Shown piece after piece: positions 56,481 to 64,000 of a stretch of DNA of 64,000 bases. The DNA lies in the IMG/VR virus record IMGVR_UViG_2833692911_000002, positions 2,332-66,331 of that record; one strand, written 5' to 3'. The stretch is from a virus (Duplodnaviria; Caudoviricetes). The notes beneath the pieces were generated by a model that had not been told where the DNA came from, did not search any database, and saw only the letters and a list, made by a program, of their open reading frames with translations. The stretch's first letter is position 1, and every line of letters begins with the position of its first letter. The translations under genes and the position numbers were made by a program.

Positions 56481-56684
56481 CTATCCTCTTGTGGTGCTTA
56501 CTAGTCTTTCAAGCTTCCAGCCGCACGACGGCGGACTGGCGAGGAACTTTGCTGCACGTTGGTCGAGCTTCGCCGTGGCAGCGATTTTTGCGTGGGCGAC
56601 GGTGGGTGCTCGCACTGTTACGATCCAGCGCCCAGCCTGAAATCTGTACTGTTTCATCGTTTGTGTATGCATCTTGTGGGGCAT
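56481..56684 (-). CDS. Small basic protein, first gene of SOS-box operon
   Basis: Immediately downstream of LexA box promoter; exact start uncertain. Confidence 0.55.
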   Translation of the reverse strand: MPHKMHTQTMKQYRFQAGRWIVTVRAPTVAHAKIAATAKLDQRAAKFLASPPSCGWKLERLVSTTRG

Positions 56685-56687
56685 GAT

Positions 56688-56721
56688 GTTCTTATTATGT
56701 TCTCATGCGCGAAAGAGTCAA
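56688..56721 (-). promoter_or_regulatory. LexA (SOS) box over leftward promoter
   Basis: GTTC-N7-GTTC at 56688-56702 overlapping CATAAT -10; TTGACT -35 at 56721-56716. Confidence 0.75.
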
Positions 56722-56747
56722 TCTGGATTCTGTGGCAAGCGCAAATC

Positions 56748-56776
56748 TTGACAAATTTGTAAAAACAGTATAGCTT
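56748..56776 (+). promoter_or_regulatory. Early promoter with ACAAATTTGT operator (copy 3)
   Basis: TTGACA-17-TAGCTT; palindrome 56751-56760. Confidence 0.8.
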
Positions 56777-56852
56777 GATTATCGGCCTTACCAGCCTGCT
56801 TTACCAGAGCACCACCACATTGGCGCACGGTCGCCAGAAAGAGGGGATAATC

Positions 56853-57512
56853 ATGCTCAGACGATTCCTGCGGCGTATTGTGTCGCCACGCGCATTCCTC
56901 GTTGCCTTATTCCTCGTCATCGCCGCAACCTCCGCGGCCGCATATGCGCTCCTTCCTCCGCCAGCGTCTGCCGCGACCGAAGCGGCCACCGTTAAGATCC
57001 AACTCGAAAACGGCCACGGTTCTGGCGTTCATATTGGAGATGGATTTATCGTCACTGCTGCGCACGTCGTCGGCGATGCGAAGGAAGTTCAGCTGAAAGC
57101 GAAGGCGGGCGCTCTTCGCAAGGCCGATGTCCTTTGGGTCAACAAAGCCAATGACATTGCACTGCTGCGCACGTCGTCGGACGGCCTCGGCGTCGCAAAA
57201 CTGGCCTGCCACGCTGTGAAGACTGGCGATCCTATTGTCGCTTACGGCAATCCGTTGAAAATCGAATTCGTTGCTGCCTACGGGAAGATTGCCGGCGAAC
57301 CTCGCGAAACAGGTCCCTGGAAATCGGTCTACGTGACCGACATCACGACTGTGATGGGGCAATCGGGTGGCGGAACCTTTGCGGAGAACGGCGACTTGAT
57401 CGGCATTACCGTCGGCGTGATGGCCGCGCCGATTGGCTTCTCTGGTTCGCTGGTTGGCTATGGCTACGTCGTGCCTTCGACTGCGGTCTGTGAGTTGTTG
57501 GCGCGGAAGTAA
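56853..57512 (+). CDS. Exported trypsin-like (S1) serine protease
   Basis: Signal/TM; VTAAHVV, DIALL, GQSGG. Confidence 0.88.
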   Translation: MLRRFLRRIVSPRAFLVALFLVIAATSAAAYALLPPPASAATEAATVKIQLENGHGSGVHIGDGFIVTAAHVVGDAKEVQLKAKAGALRKADVLWVNKANDIALLRTSSDGLGVAKLACHAVKTGDPIVAYGNPLKIEFVAAYGKIAGEPRETGPWKSVYVTDITTVMGQSGGGTFAENGDLIGITVGVMAAPIGFSGSLVGYGYVVPSTAVCELLARK

Positions 57513-57565
57513 AATCAATCAGGCCGCCCACCAAGCGGCCTCAACCACCACATCGAGGAGACTGC

Positions 57566-58819
57566 ATGCCTCTACCCATCGAAGAACTACGCCGAAGAGC
57601 CGACGCCTACAAAGAGCACGGCACGTTGAAGAAAGCTGCTGCTGCCCTTGGGATCGGCAAGTCCGCGCTGCACGACAGCATCAAACGCGCCGCTGAGGCT
57701 GGCCTCCTCGGCACGGAGCCTGTTTTGCCCGGCTTCCGCATCAGCAAGATCAGCAACACACCAAGTGGCACGTTCATCCAGCAGACGCAGGAGCGCGGCG
57801 AGAAGTTTGCCGTACCCAATGGCCATGTTGTCAAAGGCGTGTCGGCGCTCGTCGATGGTGAAGGCCGTGTTATCCAGCAGTGGCAGAAGACGGCAGTCGG
57901 TGCAGAGGGCCAAATAGCGGCTTTCCAGGCGATGGTCGACGGCCTGAAGGAAGACCTGCCGCGGGTTACGATCATGCCAGCGCCGGCGCATGTCGAGGAA
58001 GACCTTCTGAACCAGTTCGTTGTCACCGACAGCCATTTCGGTATGCTGGCCCATCGCGAAGAAACAGGCGCCGACTATGACCTGAGGCTGGCCGAGCAAT
58101 TGCTGCTGGATTGGTTTGCCGCCGCTGTGGCGGGTGCTCCGCAAGCGCACACAGCGGTTTTAGCGCAGCTCGGCGACCTGTTGCACCATGACGCCCTCGA
58201 AAGCGTGACGCCAGCGCACAAGCACGTCCTCGATGCCGATTCTCGCCTTCATAAAGTTGTTCGCGTCGTCATTCGCACACTGCGGCGTGTCGTCGACATG
58301 CTGCTTCAGAAGCACAAGCATGTCCATGTCGTCATGGCGTCGGGAAACCACGACCCAGCCTCATCGGTATGGGTGCGCGAACTGCTGGCGACGATTTATG
58401 AGAACGAGCCGCGCGTGACCGTCGATACCAGCCCGATGCTCTACTACGCATACAAGTGGGGAGACACGGCGCTGTTCTATCATCACGGTCATAAGCGCGG
58501 CGTGGCCCAGGTCGACGCAACGCTCGCAGGCATGTTCCGTGAGATGTTCGGTCAGTCGAAATATGCCTTCGCGCATGTCGGCCACCTGCACAGCGACGAG
58601 GGCCGCAAGTCGGCCCTGATGTATGTCGAGCGCCACGAAACGCTTGCAGCGCCTGACGCCTATGCTGCCGGTGGTGGCTGGCTGTCCGGGCGATCAGCCA
58701 AGGTCATCACATATTCGCGCCGCTACGGCGAGGTGGCGCGCTCCACGCTGCGTCCGGAGATGGTTGCGGGTCGGTATTCGGCTGCGAATGACAATGAGCC
58801 GGTGAGGGCGGTGGCGTGA
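57566..58819 (+). CDS. HTH plus calcineurin-like phosphoesterase
   Basis: KAAAALGIGKSAL; DSHFG, LGDLLH, GNHD, HHGH, GHLH. Confidence 0.85.
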   Translation: MPLPIEELRRRADAYKEHGTLKKAAAALGIGKSALHDSIKRAAEAGLLGTEPVLPGFRISKISNTPSGTFIQQTQERGEKFAVPNGHVVKGVSALVDGEGRVIQQWQKTAVGAEGQIAAFQAMVDGLKEDLPRVTIMPAPAHVEEDLLNQFVVTDSHFGMLAHREETGADYDLRLAEQLLLDWFAAAVAGAPQAHTAVLAQLGDLLHHDALESVTPAHKHVLDADSRLHKVVRVVIRTLRRVVDMLLQKHKHVHVVMASGNHDPASSVWVRELLATIYENEPRVTVDTSPMLYYAYKWGDTALFYHHGHKRGVAQVDATLAGMFREMFGQSKYAFAHVGHLHSDEGRKSALMYVERHETLAAPDAYAAGGGWLSGRSAKVITYSRRYGEVARSTLRPEMVAGRYSAANDNEPVRAVA

Positions 58820-59043
58820 GCGATTACGCTATTGAGTTGGTAGCAATCGAACTACACAAGCAGTCGCAGTCTGTGGAGCTAGGGCGCAGAAAAATAAAGT
58901 GGCTTCAACTTTCTGCCTGTCAAAGACAATGGTGGAGAGATGCGGCTAGACGCGTCGCCTCGGAGCAGTAGGCAGTTCAGGAATAACCATGACGCCGCTG
59001 GCGACCAACCGGCGGCAAACACCACTACAAGAGGAGATTGAAC

Positions 59044-59514
59044 ATGATACCTGACGCAAAAACGGACAGAGAATACCAATCCTACGAAGGCGAGCGCCAG
59101 ACAAGGAGCCTGGCCAACGACAACAAACCCCACAACCACGCCGCAGCCATTAACCTATTTGCAGCCGACTGCCACGCAGCGAGCCGCAGGGCAGGATGGT
59201 ACACGGACCTCGCCACTGGCAAGGCGCTGGACCGCAACGTGCCCGAAATGCTTTGCCTGATACACAGCGAGATCAGCGAAGCGATGGAAGGCTATCGCAA
59301 GTCCAAGCCAGGCAAGGCGCTGATGGACGACAAGCTGCCGCACCGCCCTATGGCTGAGGTCGAGCTTGCCGACGCCATGATCCGCATCGGTGATCTGGCA
59401 GCGTTCCTTGGCTATGACCTCGGTGGCGCGATCGTGGAGAAGATGGCATTCAACGCCAACCGTCCCGACCATAAGATCGAGAACCGGCTTAAGGCTGGTG
59501 GGAAGGCGTTTTGA
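59044..59514 (+). CDS. MazG-like nucleotide pyrophosphohydrolase
   Basis: LIHSEISEAME...EVELADAMIRIGD...EKMAFN. Confidence 0.85.
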   Translation: MIPDAKTDREYQSYEGERQTRSLANDNKPHNHAAAINLFAADCHAASRRAGWYTDLATGKALDRNVPEMLCLIHSEISEAMEGYRKSKPGKALMDDKLPHRPMAEVELADAMIRIGDLAAFLGYDLGGAIVEKMAFNANRPDHKIENRLKAGGKAF

Positions 59515-59792
59515 TGAGCATTGAGCAAATTGCGAGAGATCAATACCGCGAAGGAATGAGTTCTGGGGCGTTGGCTCGGCATGTGGCCGGAATACTACCT
59601 GCGGATAGCCTTGTCCGTTGGATGCTGGAGGACATGCTCGGCGCATCTAACTTTGCAAGCTATGACCGGCATATGATCTTTTTGGATTTTGAGAAGGTCA
59701 GCTCAAATGACGCTCTGTCGTCAAAGATGAGAAGCTTCCATCGCGTCAATAGGCGCAAAGTCGACTCTGCGCCAGTAAGGGAGGCCGTGTGA
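59511..59792 (+). CDS. Hypothetical protein
   Basis: Coupled ORF. Confidence 0.55.
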   Translation: MMSIEQIARDQYREGMSSGALARHVAGILPADSLVRWMLEDMLGASNFASYDRHMIFLDFEKVSSNDALSSKMRSFHRVNRRKVDSAPVREAV

Positions 59793-61324
59793 TGGAGCTT
59801 CACCAACTCATGGAATACAGCCCGATTGAAACCACCACCTTCGGCCCGCTCGACAAATACGTGGCCGCGAATGACAACGTGCTAGGCGCAAAATCTGTCG
59901 CACTAAACCACCTTGTCGCATCCTGTCCTGTGTCCCAGGACAACGGACAATACATCGGCCTGACCCGCAACAGGCCGGCCGAACCACCCCGCACCGGCGA
60001 CTTTATGCAAACATATACCGGCCGCCAATACTGGCCGATGGACCCGCGCCCGCACGAAGTGTACATCGAGGACATTGCGCATTCGCTCAGCCTGCAATGC
60101 CGATATGCAGGTCACGTGAAAAAATTCTACTGCCCAACACCGGACCAACGGGTACTGACTGACGATCTGCGGTGGGTTCCAGCTGGTGACCTAAAGGTTG
60201 GCGACGGACTATTGGCTTTTGACGAAGAGCCTAGTCGCGTGGGAGGCTTCGGCAAGAACAGGCGTCGTCTAAAGCCAGCGAGCGTTACGATCGCGCAAGC
60301 AGAGAAGCGTCGCACCATTCGTTTAGTTATGAGCGATGGTTCGGACGTAGTCTCATCAGATGAGCATCCTTGGCTGGTAGCGACTAAAGTCTCTGGCAAT
60401 CAAAAGTGGCTCACTGCTGGCGCAATCGCGGACGACTTAAGGCTTGGCCGAAAGAGGCACATGCATAAGTTCTTCGAACCTTGGGCTGCGCGCAGTGGGC
60501 GGGAAGCTGGCTGGCTAGCCGGCATATATGACGGTGAGGGATATCTTTCTATCAAGAATAGACGAGGAACGCAGCTTGGCGTCGCACAGAAGCCAGGAGT
60601 TGTACTCTCCGAGATTGAGCGGCTACTCAAGAACTTCGGTTACAGCAACTACCGATATGCGCAGACGGGCAATGCAGGTTCTGGCGTGATTAGCCTCCAG
60701 AGCCAGGGTGGATTTGCCACAATTGCGCACCTTCTGGGCAGCCTGCAGCCTATACGGCTAGTATCGAAGTTTGTGAATTCTCTTCGCTCTGGGGAATTTG
60801 ACAAGCAGCTTCAAAGCGACGGCGTCCCTCTTGAAATTGTTGCCGCATATGACGAAGGCGAGCAGTGGGTTGCCGGACTTGAAACAAGCTCGCACACCTA
60901 TTTCTGCGAGGGATTCGGCGCGCACAATTGCGTCGCCGAGCACTCCGTCCTCATCGCTCGCTATCTCGCGGCCAAGCACGCGCCTGAGGTTGCCTTGGCT
61001 GGCCTTCTGCACGATGCACCGGAGGCGTACTGCGTGGATATTCCGAGACCGCTCAAGCCCTACCTGACGAACTACCGGGCGATCGAGCAGGACAACTGGC
61101 TGGCTATCGCTGCACGGTTTGATTTGCCGAAGGAGTTGCCGAGGGCGGTGCATGACGCAGACAACCGCATCATCGCCGACGAGCTTGTTAACCTGCGCGA
61201 TATGCCATGGCACGCAAAGCACGACAGGCCGCTTGGCGTGAAGCTGCGGTACTGGTCGCCGGAGGAAGCTGAGCTCGAATTCCTGGCGACCTTTGATGCG
61301 TTGATGGCGGGGAGGGCAGCTTGA
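59789..61324 (+). CDS. HD-domain phosphohydrolase (YfbR-like) interrupted by an intein
   Basis: IEDIAHSLS..CRYAGH..FY / CVAEHS...LLHDAPEAY..D. Confidence 0.88.
   Translation: MMELHQLMEYSPIETTTFGPLDKYVAANDNVLGAKSVALNHLVASCPVSQDNGQYIGLTRNRPAEPPRTGDFMQTYTGRQYWPMDPRPHEVYIEDIAHSLSLQCRYAGHVKKFYCPTPDQRVLTDDLRWVPAGDLKVGDGLLAFDEEPSRVGGFGKNRRRLKPASVTIAQAEKRRTIRLVMSDGSDVVSSDEHPWLVATKVSGNQKWLTAGAIADDLRLGRKRHMHKFFEPWAARSGREAGWLAGIYDGEGYLSIKNRRGTQLGVAQKPGVVLSEIERLLKNFGYSNYRYAQTGNAGSGVISLQSQGGFATIAHLLGSLQPIRLVSKFVNSLRSGEFDKQLQSDGVPLEIVAAYDEGEQWVAGLETSSHTYFCEGFGAHNCVAEHSVLIARYLAAKHAPEVALAGLLHDAPEAYCVDIPRPLKPYLTNYRAIEQDNWLAIAARFDLPKELPRAVHDADNRIIADELVNLRDMPWHAKHDRPLGVKLRYWSPEEAELEFLATFDALMAGRAA
60131..60928 (+). 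mobile_element. Intein (266 aa) with LAGLIDADG motif
   Basis: N-terminal Cys (CPTPDQRVLT), block B SDEHPW, LAGIYDGEG, C-terminal HN followed by Cys+1. Confidence 0.9.
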
Positions 61325-61503
61325 GCGAAGACACAAAGGTTGCGGCTTTCTGGCTGTCCTATATCGCTGTCGCTTTGGTTGCGCTCGGATACTTCGTCGG
61401 CACTTTCGCTGCCAAGGGACCGATTGCGGTCATTTTTGGAATGGGCGTTGCGGCCCTCTGGCCCGCCTCTGGTCTCATCTGGTTGGGGGTGTGGCTGTCA
61501 TGA
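61321..61503 (+). CDS. Small membrane protein
   Basis: Two TM segments; coupled. Confidence 0.65.
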   Translation: MSEDTKVAAFWLSYIAVALVALGYFVGTFAAKGPIAVIFGMGVAALWPASGLIWLGVWLS

Positions 61504-61892
61504 CCCCTGATAACGACAATCACGTCAGCAGATGGGGCGGCATCCCTCAGGCAAAGCTCACCGAGTTCAATCGTAGAGCTATTGGCCTTTTGTGCTCAGG
61601 TTTCGGGCTTGGTCCCTGGAACATTCCGGTCAATTGGGATCGCGTCGAGTGGGGTAGCGAGCGCTACACTAAGTTCGTCACCTCGGCGCACGGGCTGGCG
61701 ACATGGGACTTCAATCGCCTAACGCGACTGGTGATTGGTGCGCATGATGAATGCATACGTGTCGAGATTTCGCCGTGTGCATTTCGATACCTGAAGATTG
61801 AGATGTGGCCGCGAGAAGGACGAGAGGGCTGCATGACGCGCCGCCACCCGACAATCGAGCAGGCTATTGAAAGCTACCGGAGGGCAGCATGA
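61500..61892 (+). CDS. Hypothetical phage protein
   Basis: LATWDFNRLTRLV..AHD.CIRVEI; N-terminal PDNDN. Confidence 0.7.
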   Translation: MTPDNDNHVSRWGGIPQAKLTEFNRRAIGLLCSGFGLGPWNIPVNWDRVEWGSERYTKFVTSAHGLATWDFNRLTRLVIGAHDECIRVEISPCAFRYLKIEMWPREGREGCMTRRHPTIEQAIESYRRAA

Positions 61893-62016
61893 ACGGATGG
61901 ACATTCGCAACGGTGTTTTTGTTGCTTTGGGTGGGCACTGTTGATCCGATTAGATCGCAGGTCAGCTGCTACGTCGGTGTGCAGCAAGCCTGCCTTCACT
62001 TAGAGAAGGACTATCG

Positions 62017-62295
62017 ATGACCATCAAACCCGGCGACGAAGTCATCTGCATCGATGACACCACCCTTCCAGAGCAATACCTCGGCATTCGTGCCGGGGAG
62101 ATTTACACGGCAACGTGGGTAGGCATGTGCCGTACGTATCTCGGCGGTGACTACGCTGGCATCAGGCTGGCGGGCGTGAGCCGGGGAGTGTGCCCGCAGT
62201 TTGGTGATGAGGATCCACCATTTGCGCTGCATCGGTTCAGGCCGGTGGTGAAGCCGAAGGTGGAGAGCAAGAAGAAGATTGAGGAGACGGTATGA
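62017..62295 (+). CDS. Hypothetical phage protein
   Basis: KPGDEVICID...RFRPV. Confidence 0.7.
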   Translation: MTIKPGDEVICIDDTTLPEQYLGIRAGEIYTATWVGMCRTYLGGDYAGIRLAGVSRGVCPQFGDEDPPFALHRFRPVVKPKVESKKKIEETV

Positions 62296-62612
62296 GCGAG
62301 ATGATTGAACGTGTGGCGCGGGCTATTGCAAAGGCCGACTCCACGGTCAAAGGGCAGTTTGATGATACGGAGATGGGAGACATCTTCTGGGATGAGTGGA
62401 AACATCTCTACATCCCTATGGCCCGCGCCGCCCTCGAAGCCATGCGCGAGCCCACCAAGGCGCAGCTTGAGGCCGCTGAAGACATAGTTGTGGGTTATGA
62501 CGACTTCGCCACCGGAGACGGCAACATCTATCTCGGCATCCCAGGCTACCCGCAGAAGGCCCGCGACGTTTGGACTGCCCTTGTCGACGCAGCATTGAAG
62601 GAGAAGGCATGA
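62292..62612 (+). CDS. Hypothetical phage protein
   Basis: MIERVARAI...ARAALEAMREPT. Confidence 0.75.
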   Translation: MSEMIERVARAIAKADSTVKGQFDDTEMGDIFWDEWKHLYIPMARAALEAMREPTKAQLEAAEDIVVGYDDFATGDGNIYLGIPGYPQKARDVWTALVDAALKEKA

Positions 62613-62824
62613 AGCCCTACCGCGTTCGAGTGCGAAAGCTTTGTTTCGGCCATTATGCAATCGAGCAGCGCTCCTGGCCTTGGAGCCTTTGGCGTGAATG
62701 CCACGACTGGCGAGACAGGACCGCAGATCAAGCAGAGGCAATCCGCAGGGCCGCGTATTTGCTCAGCGGTGGGGAATTCATTCCTCACCGCGATATAGCT
62801 GCACGATTGAGGGCGACGGCATGA
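62609..62824 (+). CDS. Hypothetical protein
   Basis: ATGA-coupled. Confidence 0.55.
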   Translation: MKPYRVRVRKLCFGHYAIEQRSWPWSLWRECHDWRDRTADQAEAIRRAAYLLSGGEFIPHRDIAARLRATA

Positions 62825-63084
62825 CGGAGCGGATAGCTGCCGCAGCAATCCAGTTTGGCGCAACTATCTCGCTGCCGCCACCAGCCCGGCACCACACCAT
62901 CATCCAGACGATGGACGCTCAGATGAGCATCGATGGCGCTGTGGCGACGCCGCAGGCGCAAGGTTTCATTACCGACAAGGGCCGCTTCGTGAACCGCGTC
63001 GAGGCCTACTATCTCGCTCATGCCGCAGGGCAGATCATATCGGCCACCAATGGGCCTCAGCTTTATTCGGAGGATTTATGGTAG
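62821..63084 (+). CDS. Hypothetical phage protein
   Basis: RHH...QGFITDKGRFVNRVEA...LYSEDLW. Confidence 0.75.
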   Translation: MTERIAAAAIQFGATISLPPPARHHTIIQTMDAQMSIDGAVATPQAQGFITDKGRFVNRVEAYYLAHAAGQIISATNGPQLYSEDLW

Positions 63085-63737
63085 ACGCAATCACATCCAA
63101 AGATACCGGTTGCCTAACAGCCGTTCCTGCCAATGATAACGTGCCTGCAGAGCTGCGCTCACTCGGCGCGGCGATTGGTAAGGCCATCACAGCCATCCTC
63201 CCGCCAGTCATCGCGCTCACCGGTCTTGCTGGCAGCGGCAAGAGCACGGCCAGCAAGTACCTGGTCGAAAATCACGGCTATCAGCTGGTGAAGTTCGCAG
63301 GGCCGTTGAAAGATATGTGTCGCGCCGTGGGTATGACGGAGGATGAGATAGAGGGCAGCTACAAGGAGGTTCCTCTGTCCTATCTATGCGGCAAGTCGCC
63401 GCGCCAATTCATGCAGCTACTCGGAACACAGTTCGGTAGAGACTGCATTGGCAAGAATTTCTGGACGGGCCTCTGGATTCGTGCAGTCGGTAGTATTCTG
63501 GCCGCAGGCGGCCGCGTGGTCGTCGATGACTGCCGATTCCCGAATGAAGCGGACGAGGTTCGCAAGCTCGGCGGCGTGGTCTGGCGGCTTGTCGGCCGTG
63601 GCGGCATTGCCGGCGCGCACGAAAGCGAGGCGGGGTGTGGGGAGCCTGATCTCGAGATCAGCAATATCCGCGCAATCGCGGACTTGCATCGCCAGCTAGA
63701 TGCGTTCGTACATTGGCATTTGGAGGATGCAGCATGA
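63078..63737 (+). CDS. Deoxynucleoside monophosphate kinase
   Basis: GLAGSGKST, FAGPLK, PRQFMQLLGT, DDCRFPNE. Confidence 0.9.
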   Translation: MVDAITSKDTGCLTAVPANDNVPAELRSLGAAIGKAITAILPPVIALTGLAGSGKSTASKYLVENHGYQLVKFAGPLKDMCRAVGMTEDEIEGSYKEVPLSYLCGKSPRQFMQLLGTQFGRDCIGKNFWTGLWIRAVGSILAAGGRVVVDDCRFPNEADEVRKLGGVVWRLVGRGGIAGAHESEAGCGEPDLEISNIRAIADLHRQLDAFVHWHLEDAA

Positions 63738-64000
63738 GCGCGCTCGATGACTTTATAAAGACATTTCCCGAAGACATACAGGAGTTAGCCTGGGCGGAGG
63801 TCAACGGCTCTCATGGCTATCTCGATTCGACGGAGGGTGCGGTGGCCATAGCACGAGCCATCCTCGCCGAGCGCGAACGCTGCGCTGATGTGGCCCGCCG
63901 CTATTTGGAGGACATTGCCGGCTGCAACATGAATGAAGATGAGCCAGACAAGATCGCGGCTGCCATCATGGATCCGAAATGGGAACCGCCTCCGCTGTAA
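63734..64000 (+). CDS. Hypothetical phage protein
   Basis: AILAERERCA motif; ATGA-coupled. Confidence 0.7.
   Translation: MSALDDFIKTFPEDIQELAWAEVNGSHGYLDSTEGAVAIARAILAERERCADVARRYLEDIAGCNMNEDEPDKIAAAIMDPKWEPPPL

Larger units (their letters stand above)
1..64000. mobile_element. Temperate siphovirus-like prophage (HK97-type head), near-complete; integrase and att not in window
   Basis: Ordered modules: xis-like, CI repressor, recombination/replication, terminase-portal-protease-capsid, tail, lysis. Confidence 0.95.

Noticed and set aside
55-63140. GCCAACGACAAC as a DNA repeat, CRISPR or recombination site
   Set aside because: Copies are dispersed, in coding frame and vary only at wobble positions; there is no repeat-spacer periodicity
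5900-63737. Many ORFs end in AA or similar (EGAA, GRAA, RRAA, EDAA) as independent proof of ClpX degrons
   Set aside because: Several can be explained by an overlapping SD plus a GCATGA-type stop/start junction, so they are counted only where ANDN lies just upstream

Overview
The whole window is one temperate siphovirus-type prophage of a Rhizobiaceae-like alphaproteobacterium. The host is inferred from a RopB/Omp25 gene, an alphaproteobacterial LexA box and an alpha-type tRNA-fMet. Gene order: excisionase-like gene and left early operon (1-3.0 kb); immunity region with two repressors (3.0-5.1 kb); recombination, replication and methylation genes (5.1-25.5 kb); three tRNAs; HK97-type head and long-tail morphogenesis (26-48 kb); surface-glycan modification morons (48-52 kb); lysis (52.6-54.2 kb); morons and an SOS-box operon (54-56.7 kb); and a second early operon with nucleotide-metabolism genes and an intein (56.8-64 kb). 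No integrase or att site is visible. Two window-wide patterns are not explained by ordinary annotation. (1) An unannotated ~135-nt structured RNA on the minus strand (about 4351-4218) has exposed GUGGUG/UGUGGUG loops and a UCCUC internal loop that complement a CACCAC-N-GAGGAGA element found in front of 18 non-structural genes and no structural gene. (2) The peptide ANDN, the start of the alphaproteobacterial tmRNA (ssrA) tag, is hard-coded in frame 19 times in 15 non-structural proteins with only synonymous codon variation, sometimes as a complete C-terminal tag. Together they suggest post-transcriptional (antisense RNA) plus proteolytic (SspB/ClpXP mimicry) control of the early proteome. The functions are inferences; no database search or folding program was run.
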